Of a DNA stretch of 64,000 nucleotides, positions 1 through 9,224 are shown one piece after another; position 1 is the stretch's first letter; each line of letters begins with the position of its first letter. The position numbers were made by a program, and so were the translations under genes. The stretch is from the IMG/VR virus record IMGVR_UViG_3300020469_000011, positions 32,001-96,000 of that record; one strand, 5' to 3'. Below the pieces are notes generated by a model. The model was given only the letters and a program-made list of their open reading frames with translations. It was not told where the DNA came from and did not search any database. Source of the stretch: a virus.

Positions 1-42
1 ATTCCTACTGCAGAAGAACTTCAAATTGATATCAAAGAATAA
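1..42 (+). CDS. 3' end of upstream CDS (partial)
   Basis: Frame 1 reads IPTAEELQIDIKE then TAA at 40-42. Confidence 0.5.
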   Translation: MPTAEELQIDIKE

Positions 43-43
43 C

Positions 44-72
44 TTTACATTTTAGACAATATATGATATAAT
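44..72 (+). promoter_or_regulatory. sigma70-type early/middle promoter
   Basis: TTTACA(44-49)-17 bp-TATAAT(67-72) with extended -10 TG. Confidence 0.6.
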
Positions 73-319
73 GATTATTATCATTCAACCTCATGAATTG
101 CTAGGAAAATTTAAGAATGAACCTGCGAAAATTGATAGAATGTATAATTTAGGAATAGATTACGCTACAAATACATTAGATTGTGTGTTTGAAGATGAAT
201 GCGTAACCGTGTTTAATTTTAAAGATTATGGGATTATAATAGACAATCGGTGGAATACCTATGAAATTTCTAAAGGTATGGCTGGTATTTTAATTGAAAT
301 CGTGACCACTAAGGAGTAA
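71..319 (+). CDS. hypothetical protein (start uncertain, overlaps -10 box)
   Basis: 82-aa ORF directly upstream of gp45. Confidence 0.5.
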   Translation: MIIIIQPHELLGKFKNEPAKIDRMYNLGIDYATNTLDCVFEDECVTVFNFKDYGIIIDNRWNTYEISKGMAGILIEIVTTKE

Positions 320-324
320 TCGTT

Positions 325-1035
325 ATGAAGCTTTCAAAATCTGATTTATTACTATTAAATAATTTTGCATCCATTAATGAATCAATTCATTTTTATGAAG
401 GAGCATTACAAAGTACAGTAGCAAATTCTAGAAATCATTTTGCTTTTGCTACTTTTGAAGAAGAGTTTCCAAAAGAGTTTTGTATATTTGATTTAAATCA
501 TTTTATTTCAGTATACTCTCTAGTAAATTCAACAGGTGATACTGTTTTAGAATTTCCAGAGGATAAACAACATCTAGTGATCAAGTCAGATAAAACAAGT
601 CAAGATATTCGTTTTTGTGATCCTAACATTATAGAAGAACTTGATAAGTCTAAAAGATATGAAATTGAAAAACCACAAATTAAATTTACAATAAGTGAAA
701 CATTATTAGAATATGGAAAAAAAGCTGCCGCTATTAATGGATTTATGAATTTAGTTTTTGAAGGAGACGGTACTGAAATTTATATGGTTTCAGAAACCGT
801 ATCACAAAACGGCAGTAATAATTCATCAGAAAGACATAGAAGAAAAATTGAACATGAGAATACTACTGGAAAACCATTTAGTGCCGTGTTTGAAGTATCC
901 AAGTTAAAGATGTTAAGTGATGATTATGAAGTGAGAATAGCAGCAGCAGGAGGAGCACAATTTACATCTAAAAATAGAGAATATAAGTTTTTTGCTGCAT
1001 TACAACAACCAGTAACTGGACTAGAAGAGGAATAG
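325..1035 (+). CDS. gp45: DNA polymerase sliding clamp (T4 gp45-like)
   Basis: N-terminus MKLSKSDLLLLNNFASINESI mirrors T4 gp45 MKLSKDTTALLKNFATINSGI; AAGGAG RBS; near gp44/62. Confidence 0.9.
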   Translation: MKLSKSDLLLLNNFASINESIHFYEGALQSTVANSRNHFAFATFEEEFPKEFCIFDLNHFISVYSLVNSTGDTVLEFPEDKQHLVIKSDKTSQDIRFCDPNIIEELDKSKRYEIEKPQIKFTISETLLEYGKKAAAINGFMNLVFEGDGTEIYMVSETVSQNGSNNSSERHRRKIEHENTTGKPFSAVFEVSKLKMLSDDYEVRIAAAGGAQFTSKNREYKFFAALQQPVTGLEEE

Positions 1036-1036
1036 T

Positions 1037-1345
1037 ATGTCATATAATATATGTTCTTGTAAACTTTCTTCAGGTGAAGAAATTATTGCTAAAGTAGAAG
1101 ATCACCAAAATTATCTAAACCCTACAGGTACTATTGAAATAAAAAATCCTTTTGTATTAATTCAAACACAACAAGGAGTGGGAATGATGCCTTGGATAAA
1201 TACAGGGTCAACAGAAACTGTAACTCTCAAAACAAGTCATATAATGACTATTGTTTCATCTAAGTCAGAAGTTGAGTCAATGTATGTTAAGGCAACTTCG
1301 GGTATTGATATTGCTTCAGCGGATGCTTCATCTATTATTATGTAA
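1037..1345 (+). CDS. conserved T4-like hypothetical protein, Sm-like fold
   Basis: KLSSGEEIIAKV...IKNPFVL...MMPWI pattern common in marine T4-like phages. Confidence 0.55.
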   Translation: MSYNICSCKLSSGEEIIAKVEDHQNYLNPTGTIEIKNPFVLIQTQQGVGMMPWINTGSTETVTLKTSHIMTIVSSKSEVESMYVKATSGIDIASADASSIIM

Positions 1346-1346
1346 T

Positions 1347-1919
1347 ATGAAAAAAATTATTATGTGTTTTTTAGCACTTATGTTATCTTATACAAATATA
1401 AGTGCAAGTGATAAAAAAATCAATGTCTTTTATAATGATTTACGTTTTGAAAGGAGTATAAAATATTGTATATCAAGAGCCAATAAAAAGCAGTATTTAG
1501 AATTTATAGAACCTGTGTTTTCAAAATATAAATTACCAAATATGCTTACTTTTATACCAGTAATAGAAAGTTGTTTTAATCCATATGCCAAGTCATCTCA
1601 AGGTGCATTAGGCATGTGGCAAATAAATGATATTACAGCAAGACATGTAGGATTAAAAGAAGGGTTCATCACAGATGAAAGATACAATTGGAAAAAATCT
1701 ACAGTTGCTGCCGCTAAATATTTACTCTTTTTAAGAGAACGGTTTGATAATTGGGAATTAGTATTAGCAGCATATAATGTAGGTCCTACATTTTTAAGAG
1801 GACAAATTTCAAAATATAAGACATCTAACATTGAGAGATTAAAATTACCTAAAGAAACTAGAGATTATGTTCACAAGTTTAGGGCTTTATTTGAATACCT
1901 AAAATTATTAAGGAGTTGA
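1347..1919 (+). CDS. lytic transglycosylase (SLT/MltD-like) with N-terminal signal/anchor
   Basis: IESCFNPYAKSSQGALGMWQI and LAAYNVG motifs, LPKETRDYV; likely start ATG 1347 (MKKIIMCFLALML). Confidence 0.85.
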   Translation: MKKIIMCFLALMLSYTNISASDKKINVFYNDLRFERSIKYCISRANKKQYLEFIEPVFSKYKLPNMLTFIPVIESCFNPYAKSSQGALGMWQINDITARHVGLKEGFITDERYNWKKSTVAAAKYLLFLRERFDNWELVLAAYNVGPTFLRGQISKYKTSNIERLKLPKETRDYVHKFRALFEYLKLLRS

Positions 1920-1926
1920 TAAAATT

Positions 1927-2232
1927 ATGAGTAACCAAAACAATCTCACTTCTGTTGTTTTACCTTCAGCAGAAGCTGATTTATTAGCGATACAAAAAGT
2001 ATTGAAAGAAATTTCAGATTGCATGACCAGAATGGATTCCGAAAAAGATTTTATTAAGGATGCACTAAGTGATTTATCTAAGCAATATCAAATACCTAAA
2101 GCTATGTTAACCCGTGTAGCAAAAGCTTTTCATAAAAGAAATATTGCCGAAGAACGTGCGAAAACAGAGGACGTTTTCTATTTGTATGATGGAATATTTT
2201 CAACAGTAAAAAACAAGAAATTAGAAGAGTAG
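1927..2232 (+). CDS. dsbA: double-stranded DNA-binding protein (T4 DsbA-like)
   Basis: KEISDCMTRMDSEKDFIKD...AFHKRN...EDVFYLYDGIF aligns by eye with T4 DsbA. Confidence 0.75.
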   Translation: MSNQNNLTSVVLPSAEADLLAIQKVLKEISDCMTRMDSEKDFIKDALSDLSKQYQIPKAMLTRVAKAFHKRNIAEERAKTEDVFYLYDGIFSTVKNKKLEE

Positions 2233-2236
2233 TAAA

Positions 2237-2326
2237 ATGACCTCAATGTTTTTATTTGCCGTAGGATTTGGACTTGGTGTTGGAGCAGGATTATATATTT
2301 CAAAATATGCCTTGCCAAAAGAATAA
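2237..2326 (+). CDS. small membrane peptide (29 aa, not in ORF track)
   Basis: MTSMFLFAVGFGLGVGAGLYISKYALPKE fills the gap after dsbA; Gly-rich TM helix. Confidence 0.5.
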   Translation: MTSMFLFAVGFGLGVGAGLYISKYALPKE

Positions 2327-2340
2327 TAATATGTTATAAT
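2312..2340 (+). promoter_or_regulatory. sigma70-type promoter
   Basis: TTGCCA-17 bp-TATAAT with TG extension, followed by GAGGAG RBS. Confidence 0.65.
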
Positions 2341-2354
2341 GAGGAGAATTCGTA

Positions 2355-2549
2355 ATGTATAAAAATAGTAAAGCCGCTAAAGACATCAGAAGAAAATCTG
2401 CTATCTCAAGATTAGAAAATAATATTTCTGCTTATCAACAGACAATGACTGTTACTAAAGATCAGGAGATTTTGAAAAAACTTCAAAACAAAATAAAAGC
2501 TCATAAGCTCACTATTGAAAATACTAATAATAATTTGAAACAGTATTAA
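2355..2549 (+). CDS. hypothetical basic coiled-coil protein
   Basis: 64-aa ORF with strong RBS. Confidence 0.6.
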   Translation: MYKNSKAAKDIRRKSAISRLENNISAYQQTMTVTKDQEILKKLQNKIKAHKLTIENTNNNLKQY

Positions 2550-2593
2550 GATGGAGATGTACTAATTATTAATTATATTATGGAGTTGTGATT

Positions 2594-3541
2594 ATGATCA
2601 TTCGTGAAGAATTTTTATGGGTTCAGAAATATCGTCCAAAAAGTGTACAAGAATTAATCCTTCCTGAAGATATTAGAGATACCTTAACTTCATTTGTAGA
2701 ACAAGGTAGCTTACCTAATTTTCTTTTTCATTCTCAATCTGGTGGTACTGGTAAAACAAGTGCCGCTTTGGCTATTGCTCATCAATTAGACCTTGATGTA
2801 ATGATGATTAACGCATCTGAGGAAAGGTCTATTGATATTATACGAAATAAAATGACTGATTTTTGTTCTGCTATGGCACTTGACGGTAGAAGAAAAATGA
2901 TGATATTAGATGAAGCAGATCATCTGCCAGATTTAAGTCAAAATGCTTTGAGGAACTTTTTTGAAAAATTTTCCTCTAATTGTTCTTTTGTTATGACTGC
3001 AAATCAAGCTCAAAGAATTATATCCCCCCTACACTCTAGATGTTCCGTTATTGAATTTAAATTTCCTAAAGCAGAGAAACCGAAATTAGCTGGTGAATTT
3101 TACCAAAGAATATGTAATATTTTAACAGAAGAAAACATTACTTTTGATAAGAAATTAATTCAACATGCTATTGTGCATTTTTTCCCAGACTTTCGTAGAT
3201 GTATAAATGAATTACAAAGATACAGTGCTACCGGACAACTTTCAGATAAAATACTTTCAAATGTACAAAATGAAAAAATAGATGCCTTATTAGAAGCGAT
3301 TGAAAGTAAGAAATTTAATTCTGTTCGTAAATTTATTCTTGAAAATTGGCATGGAACTGAACAAGAGTTATATCGTTCAGTATACGAAGAACTTATGCAA
3401 AAGGCAAGTCCTCAATCAATACCGGATATTATTTTAATACTTTCTAAGTATGGATTTGAATCTACGTTTGCTGTAGATAAAGAAATACATACTTTAGCTT
3501 GTATGGTTGAGTTAATGAGTTTGCCTATTGAATTTAAGTGA
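2594..3541 (+). CDS. gp44: clamp loader large subunit (T4 gp44-like AAA+)
   Basis: LWVQKYRP, Walker A GGTGKT, NASEERS, Walker B ILDEAD, SRC motif, FPDFRRCIN. Confidence 0.95.
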   Translation: MIIREEFLWVQKYRPKSVQELILPEDIRDTLTSFVEQGSLPNFLFHSQSGGTGKTSAALAIAHQLDLDVMMINASEERSIDIIRNKMTDFCSAMALDGRRKMMILDEADHLPDLSQNALRNFFEKFSSNCSFVMTANQAQRIISPLHSRCSVIEFKFPKAEKPKLAGEFYQRICNILTEENITFDKKLIQHAIVHFFPDFRRCINELQRYSATGQLSDKILSNVQNEKIDALLEAIESKKFNSVRKFILENWHGTEQELYRSVYEELMQKASPQSIPDIILILSKYGFESTFAVDKEIHTLACMVELMSLPIEFK

Positions 3542-3548
3542 GTGCGCT

Positions 3549-3983
3549 ATGGAAAATTTTTTTGGATTAGAAAATAAGGAAGAAGTTGAATATGAATTAG
3601 AAAAGACAAAACAAAATAATGTATTTGATTATGTAAAATCAATTAATAATAAAGACAACTACTTAGGAGATAATTTAGATAATTATTCATCATATATAAT
3701 AACAAGAGCATTAGCTAGTTATTCAGATTGTATTTTTTATGTAAAAGAAATTAATCTTTATCCATCATTAGGTGATAGACTTGAATATGATTTTTACTAT
3801 TATGGAATTAGTAAAAAGAAAAGATTCGCAGAATGGATGAAAAGAAATAATGCTGATGTAGATATTGTTTCTAAATTCTATAATGTTTCTAAAAAGAAAG
3901 CTCTTGAATTTTTAGATATTTTGACAGAAAGTGAAATGAAATATATAAAGAATTCACTACATTATGGTGTTATAGAAAAATGA
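3549..3983 (+). CDS. gp62: clamp loader small subunit (T4 gp62-like)
   Basis: VFDYVKSIN, YSSYIITRAL, YDFYYYGISKKKRFAEW; position between gp44 and regA. Confidence 0.85.
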   Translation: MENFFGLENKEEVEYELEKTKQNNVFDYVKSINNKDNYLGDNLDNYSSYIITRALASYSDCIFYVKEINLYPSLGDRLEYDFYYYGISKKKRFAEWMKRNNADVDIVSKFYNVSKKKALEFLDILTESEMKYIKNSLHYGVIEK

Positions 3984-3988
3984 AAAAA

Positions 3989-3996
3989 TATAAATA
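3989..3996 (+). promoter_or_regulatory. T4-type late promoter
   Basis: Exact TATAAATA upstream of regA. Confidence 0.5.
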
Positions 3997-4047
3997 TATA
4001 GCGATGAATATATTATTTAAATATAAAAAATACTAAGGAGATTGTTT

Positions 4048-4467
4048 ATGTTACCTGATGAATCAATGGAAGATATTTTCCGTGGTGTTGGTGTGGAAGT
4101 AAATTTGAAAAGTCAAGATGATTTTTTGAAAGTAAGAGAAACATTGACTAGAATAGGAATAGCTTCTAAAAAAGAAAAAAAATTATACCAATCATGTCAT
4201 ATTTTACATAAAAGAGGTAGATACGTTATTCTTTCTTTTAAAGAATTATTTAAACTAGATGGAAAAGAAAGCAATTTTACTGAATCTGATTTAGCAAGGA
4301 GAAACACAATAGCAAAACTTTTACATGATTGGAGTTTAGTTGAAATAAAAGAATTGGAAAGAGTTGAAGAACCAAATGTTCCAATTTCCCAAATTAAAAT
4401 TATTCCACATAAAGAAAAAACTCAGTGGGAACTTGTCGCTAAATATCAAGTTGGTTCTAAAAATTAA
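4048..4467 (+). CDS. regA: translational repressor RegA
   Basis: DDFLKVRETLTRIGIAS...LYQSCHILHKRGRY...FKELFKLDG...RRNTIAKLL signature. Confidence 0.95.
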   Translation: MLPDESMEDIFRGVGVEVNLKSQDDFLKVRETLTRIGIASKKEKKLYQSCHILHKRGRYVILSFKELFKLDGKESNFTESDLARRNTIAKLLHDWSLVEIKELERVEEPNVPISQIKIIPHKEKTQWELVAKYQVGSKN

Positions 4468-4504
4468 CTATTAATACTAAAATATAATTATCAAGTGATG
4501 TATT

Positions 4505-4693
4505 ATGGAAAAAATGAGTCCTTTCAAAAAAAGATCAAATAAAACTATTGAAGTAAACGCATTTAGTAAAAAATCTTTTATAAATGAATTTACTAGCATT
4601 GTAATGAATGAAAATCTAAACACAGATCAAAAAACTTTATTGTTATATAATCATTGTCTCTATGACAAAAACAGTCCTTTAAACATGAAATAG
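4505..4693 (+). CDS. hypothetical protein
   Basis: 62-aa ORF in operon. Confidence 0.5.
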   Translation: MEKMSPFKKRSNKTIEVNAFSKKSFINEFTSIVMNENLNTDQKTLLLYNHCLYDKNSPLNMK

Positions 4694-4701
4694 AGTTAAT
4701 T

Positions 4702-5238
4702 ATGGAAAATTGGAAAGTTATTACCGAAGAAGCTAATACTTTAGGAGTTTATAAAATAAATGAATATGCGACTATCCCAACTTTTGCGACTAAAGGTTCT
4801 GCTTGTTTTGATGTATATACATCTTTAGCAAGTCATAAAGAAATAACTTCTTATAATCATGCACACTCAGAGGTTGTTAAACTAAAAGTAGAAGAAGATT
4901 CTGTAAAAGTTTATAGAGGATTTCGTGTCATGATACCCACCGGAATTATATTTGATATACCAAAAGGATATAGTGTTCGTTTACATCCCAGATCCGGACT
5001 TGCGTTAAAAAATGGAGTGACATTGGTAAACCAGGAAGCAATTATAGATTCCGATTACGTCCAAGAAACTTTTGTTTTAATTGAAAATACTTCTATGGTT
5101 TCATTTGAGATTACTCATGGTATGAGAATGTGCCAAGGAGAACTTGTAAAAAATATAGAAACTCAATTAAAAGAAACATTTTTACCACCCATAGAAAAAG
5201 AACGTAAAGGAGGATTTGGTTCTACAGGAACTAAATAA
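4702..5238 (+). CDS. dut: dUTPase (trimeric)
   Basis: GSACFD, PRSGLA, IIDSDY, QG and RKGGFGSTG motifs I-V. Confidence 0.95.
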   Translation: MENWKVITEEANTLGVYKINEYATIPTFATKGSACFDVYTSLASHKEITSYNHAHSEVVKLKVEEDSVKVYRGFRVMIPTGIIFDIPKGYSVRLHPRSGLALKNGVTLVNQEAIIDSDYVQETFVLIENTSMVSFEITHGMRMCQGELVKNIETQLKETFLPPIEKERKGGFGSTGTK

Positions 5239-5250
5239 ATCATATGAGAG

Positions 5251-5715
5251 ATGAATGAATTAAATATAGCAGATATAAAGGATTATGCTGATATTAATAA
5301 TATATTTGAACAACATCGTGAATTTTTTCCACATATAAGAAAAGATTATATAGAAAGAAATATTCATGACAAAAATGTTATTTATCAAAATGAAGTTGTA
5401 ATTTTTTATAAGAAATATAAAAGAAAAACAAAATTAGGTAATGTATACGCTTCAAAAGATAATTATATTTTACATCAAATAGCTACCAAATATCATGATG
5501 GTAGAGCATCTAAAATATTTAAATTATTTTTAGAAAATCTAGATAATAAATTATATTTAACGGTTCGTAAAAATAATAAAAAAGCGATAGAATTTTATAT
5601 AAAAAATAAAATGGTAGAAGTAGGTAGCATATCTTGGAAGGAAAATACAATTCCAGGATGTGTTTTTTTATATAATAATATTAAAGATAATTATGAAAAA
5701 TTTGGGATATTATAA
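5251..5715 (+). CDS. putative GNAT acetyltransferase
   Basis: LHQIAT...GRASKIF...LYLTVRKNNKKAIEFY acetyl-CoA-binding pattern. Confidence 0.6.
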   Translation: MNELNIADIKDYADINNIFEQHREFFPHIRKDYIERNIHDKNVIYQNEVVIFYKKYKRKTKLGNVYASKDNYILHQIATKYHDGRASKIFKLFLENLDNKLYLTVRKNNKKAIEFYIKNKMVEVGSISWKENTIPGCVFLYNNIKDNYEKFGIL

Positions 5716-5893
5716 GAAATCTTTTACTATAGGAATTGTCTTATACGTTATTTGGTTACTTGTATTTCATACAAGTTTCAGTACAAGGAATGAGTACACT
5801 GAATTTCATTATGATAATTTAAAAAGAATGTGTGAATTTAATTATGATAAGTTACATAGAGATGTGCAACCATATTGTAATAACTTTAATTAA
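5693..5893 (+). CDS. small single-TM protein upstream of endolysin
   Basis: MKNLGYYKK + hydrophobic helix + soluble tail with 2 Cys. Confidence 0.5.
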   Translation: MKNLGYYKKSFTIGIVLYVIWLLVFHTSFSTRNEYTEFHYDNLKRMCEFNYDKLHRDVQPYCNNFN

Positions 5894-5902
5894 GGAATAC
5901 GC

Positions 5903-6352
5903 ATGTTTAGATTATCACAAAGGTCTTTAGACAGATTAGACGGAGTTAAACCAGACCTAGTTAATGTAGTTAAAAGAGCAATTGAATTAACTAAAATTGA
6001 CTTTGGCGTTATTGAAGGAGTAAGAACAGAAGAAAGACAGAAAGAACTTGTTGCCAAAGGAGCAAGTAAAACAATGAAATCAAAGCATCTTACAGGTAAT
6101 GCTGTTGATTTGATGGCATATGTGGCAGGTAGAGGTTGTTGGGAATTAAATGTATATGATGAAATAGCAGATGCGGTAAAACATGCTGCTATAGAAGAGG
6201 GTGTAGAAGTTAAATGGGGAGCAGCCTGGAGTATTGATTGTTTAAATGATTGGGATGGAACTGCAGAAGAAGCAATGAATTCCTATGTTGATTTAAGAAG
6301 ATCACAAGGTAGAAGGCCATTTATTGATGCACCACATTTTGAGTTAGTATAA
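5903..6352 (+). CDS. endolysin, L-Ala-D-Glu peptidase (M15 family)
   Basis: FRLSQRSLDRLDGV, EGVRT, SKHLTGNAVD, WGAAW, DAPHFEL. Confidence 0.9.
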   Translation: MFRLSQRSLDRLDGVKPDLVNVVKRAIELTKIDFGVIEGVRTEERQKELVAKGASKTMKSKHLTGNAVDLMAYVAGRGCWELNVYDEIADAVKHAAIEEGVEVKWGAAWSIDCLNDWDGTAEEAMNSYVDLRRSQGRRPFIDAPHFELV

Positions 6353-6356
6353 AAAT

Positions 6357-9224
6357 ATGTTTAACACATCTAATTTCACACACAGGCACACTGGTCCAAA
6401 TTTAAAAGAACAAAAATACATGTTGGAATTTTTAGGTTGTAAATCTTTAGAAGATTTATTATCACAAACAGTTCCTCATAATATACTAGAAAATAAAAGT
6501 AATCTTGACTTAGATCCAGTTAGTGAAGAAAAAGCACTAGATGAATTAAAATCCATAATAGATAAAAATAAAATATGGAAGAGTTATCTAGGTCAAGGTT
6601 ATTATGGAACGTACCTACCTTCTGTTATTCAAAGAAATCTTTTAGAAAATCCTGGATGGTATACATCATATACACCATATCAAGCTGAGATAGCTCAAGG
6701 TAGACTTGAAGCATTATTAAACTATCAACAGATGGTAATTGATCTTACCGCAATGGATTTAGCAAATGCTTCATTATTAGATGAGGCAACTGCCGCTGCA
6801 GAAGCTATGACTCTTTGCCATCGTCAATCCAAAAAGAAAAGCAACTTATTTTTTGTAGATTCAACAGTACATGAACAAACAATAGAATTATTAAAAACAA
6901 GAGCACAACCTTTAGACATTCAGTTGACTATAGGAAATCTTGAAGACATTATAGAACCCGAAAAATATTTTGGTTGTCTTTTACAGTACCCAAATACGTT
7001 CGGTCACATAGAAGATTGGTCTGATTTGATTGAAAATTTACACTCAGATAATGTACTTGTTTGTATGGCTACAGATTTATTAGCACTTACTATTTTAAAA
7101 CCTCCTGGAGAAATGGGTGCTGATATTGTGTTTGGTAGTAGTCAAAGGTTTGGTGTACCAATGGGTTATGGTGGACCTCATGCTGCATTTTTTGCTATCA
7201 AAGAAAACCTCAAAAGAAGTTTACCTGGTAGATTAATCGGTGTATCAAAAGATAGAAGGGGTAAAACTGCATATAGATTAAGTTTACAAACAAGAGAGCA
7301 GCACATTCGTAGAGAAAAGGCAACAAGTAATATTTGTACAGCACAAGTTCTACTTGCTGTTATTGCTGGCTTTTATGCAGTCTATCACGGACCTAATGGA
7401 TTAAAACAAATTGCTGAAAGAGTTAATACTTTAACAAAACTTTTATATGGTGTATTAACAGATAGTGGATATTCATCTAATGAAAACTTTTTTGATACAC
7501 TGCTGATACATGTAGGAGATAAACAAGATAAAATTATTGGTAAAGCTGAACTATTTGAAGTTAATCTTAGAATTGTTGGAGATAATTTCGTAGGAATAAG
7601 TTTAGATGAAACAACTACTTTAGAAGATGTAATTGATTTGTTTGTAGTTTTTGATATTGATACCCATGAATATAGTAAAGATATAGATAATATCTTATCG
7701 TTGTATAGTGAATCGGGAATTTCTTCTAATTTAAAAAGAGAATCTGAATACTTAACACATCCTGTTTTTCATGATTATCACTCAGAAACTGAGTTGATGA
7801 GATATATGCATAAACTTGAAGACAGAGACCTGGCTTTAAATCGTGCAATGATTCCACTTGGTTCATGTACTATGAAATTAAATAGCACAAGTGAAATGAT
7901 TCCAGTAACATGGCCTACCATTGGATTACTTCATCCTTTTGTACCAATTGATCAGTCAGAAGGTATAAGAGAAATGATGAATCAGTTAGAAGAGTGGTTA
8001 TTAGATTTAACAGGTTTTGATGCAATTAGTATGCAACCCAATTCAGGTGCTCAAGGAGAATATGCAGGTTTATTAGCTATACGTGATTATCATATTAAAA
8101 ATAATGAATCTCATAGAAACATTTGTTTGATACCAAATTCTGCTCATGGAACAAATCCAGCAAGCGCACAAATGTGTGGAATGAAAGTTATAGTGGTTAA
8201 TTGTGATTCAGAAGGTAATGTAGACATAGAAGACCTGACTAAAAAAACAGAAAAACACGCAATGAATTTAAGTGCGTTAATGGTTACTTATCCTAGTACT
8301 CACGGTGTTTTTGAAGAAGAGATTGAGAGTATTTGTAAAATAGTACAAAACAACGGTGGTCAAGTTTATATGGATGGCGCAAATTTAAACGCATTAATAG
8401 GAGTAGCACAACCTGGTAAATTTGGTCCTGATGTCATGCATTTTAATTTACATAAAACATTTTGTATACCTCACGGTGGTGGAGGTCCTGGAATGGGACC
8501 GATAGGAGTTAAAAAACATTTAGAACCTCATTTACCAAATCATCCAATAATAGGTTTAAATGATAAGTGGAGTGGTGGTTCTATTAGTGCTGCACCTTGG
8601 GGAAGTCCAAGTATATTGCCGATTAGTTGGATGTATATCAGAATGATGGGTGGAAAAAATCTTAGAACAGCAAGTCAAGTCAGTATATTAAATGCAAACT
8701 ATGTCGCTGAGAGATTAAGCAAATATTATCCAATATTGTATCGTGGAAAAAATGGAAGACTTGCTCATGAATGTATTATTGATATACGTCCTATAAAAAG
8801 TAGATCAGGTATATCAGAAGAAGACATAGCAAAACGTCTTATGGATTATGGATTTCATGCACCAACAATGAGTTGGCCAGTTCCAGGTACATTAATGATA
8901 GAACCTACCGAAAGTGAATCATTAGTAGAACTAGATAAATTTTGTGATGCTATGTTGAAAATTGGTGAAGAGATACAGAAGGTAGAAAACAATGAATGGA
9001 ATGTAGAAAATAATCCCTTAGTAAATGCTCCACATACACAATCAGATATTGTTGATAAAGAATGGGTTTACAATTATGATTATGAGAGAGAAGTTGCTGT
9101 ATTTCCACTAGAATATATTAAAGATAATAAATTTTGGCCTTTTGTAAATCGTATTGATAATGCATATGGCGATAGAAATTTAGTCTGTTCTTGTCCGTCA
9201 TTAGAAGAATATACGGAGGAATGA
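6357..9224 (+). CDS. gcvP: glycine dehydrogenase (decarboxylating), glycine cleavage P protein, single-chain
   Basis: YTPYQAEIAQGRLE, NASLLDEATAAAEAM, QTREQHIRREKATSNICT, PLGSCTMKLN, PLP-Lys motif NLHKTFCIPHGGGGPG, GDRNLVCSCP. Confidence 0.97.
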   Translation: MFNTSNFTHRHTGPNLKEQKYMLEFLGCKSLEDLLSQTVPHNILENKSNLDLDPVSEEKALDELKSIIDKNKIWKSYLGQGYYGTYLPSVIQRNLLENPGWYTSYTPYQAEIAQGRLEALLNYQQMVIDLTAMDLANASLLDEATAAAEAMTLCHRQSKKKSNLFFVDSTVHEQTIELLKTRAQPLDIQLTIGNLEDIIEPEKYFGCLLQYPNTFGHIEDWSDLIENLHSDNVLVCMATDLLALTILKPPGEMGADIVFGSSQRFGVPMGYGGPHAAFFAIKENLKRSLPGRLIGVSKDRRGKTAYRLSLQTREQHIRREKATSNICTAQVLLAVIAGFYAVYHGPNGLKQIAERVNTLTKLLYGVLTDSGYSSNENFFDTLLIHVGDKQDKIIGKAELFEVNLRIVGDNFVGISLDETTTLEDVIDLFVVFDIDTHEYSKDIDNILSLYSESGISSNLKRESEYLTHPVFHDYHSETELMRYMHKLEDRDLALNRAMIPLGSCTMKLNSTSEMIPVTWPTIGLLHPFVPIDQSEGIREMMNQLEEWLLDLTGFDAISMQPNSGAQGEYAGLLAIRDYHIKNNESHRNICLIPNSAHGTNPASAQMCGMKVIVVNCDSEGNVDIEDLTKKTEKHAMNLSALMVTYPSTHGVFEEEIESICKIVQNNGGQVYMDGANLNALIGVAQPGKFGPDVMHFNLHKTFCIPHGGGGPGMGPIGVKKHLEPHLPNHPIIGLNDKWSGGSISAAPWGSPSILPISWMYIRMMGGKNLRTASQVSILNANYVAERLSKYYPILYRGKNGRLAHECIIDIRPIKSRSGISEEDIAKRLMDYGFHAPTMSWPVPGTLMIEPTESESLVELDKFCDAMLKIGEEIQKVENNEWNVENNPLVNAPHTQSDIVDKEWVYNYDYEREVAVFPLEYIKDNKFWPFVNRIDNAYGDRNLVCSCPSLEEYTEE

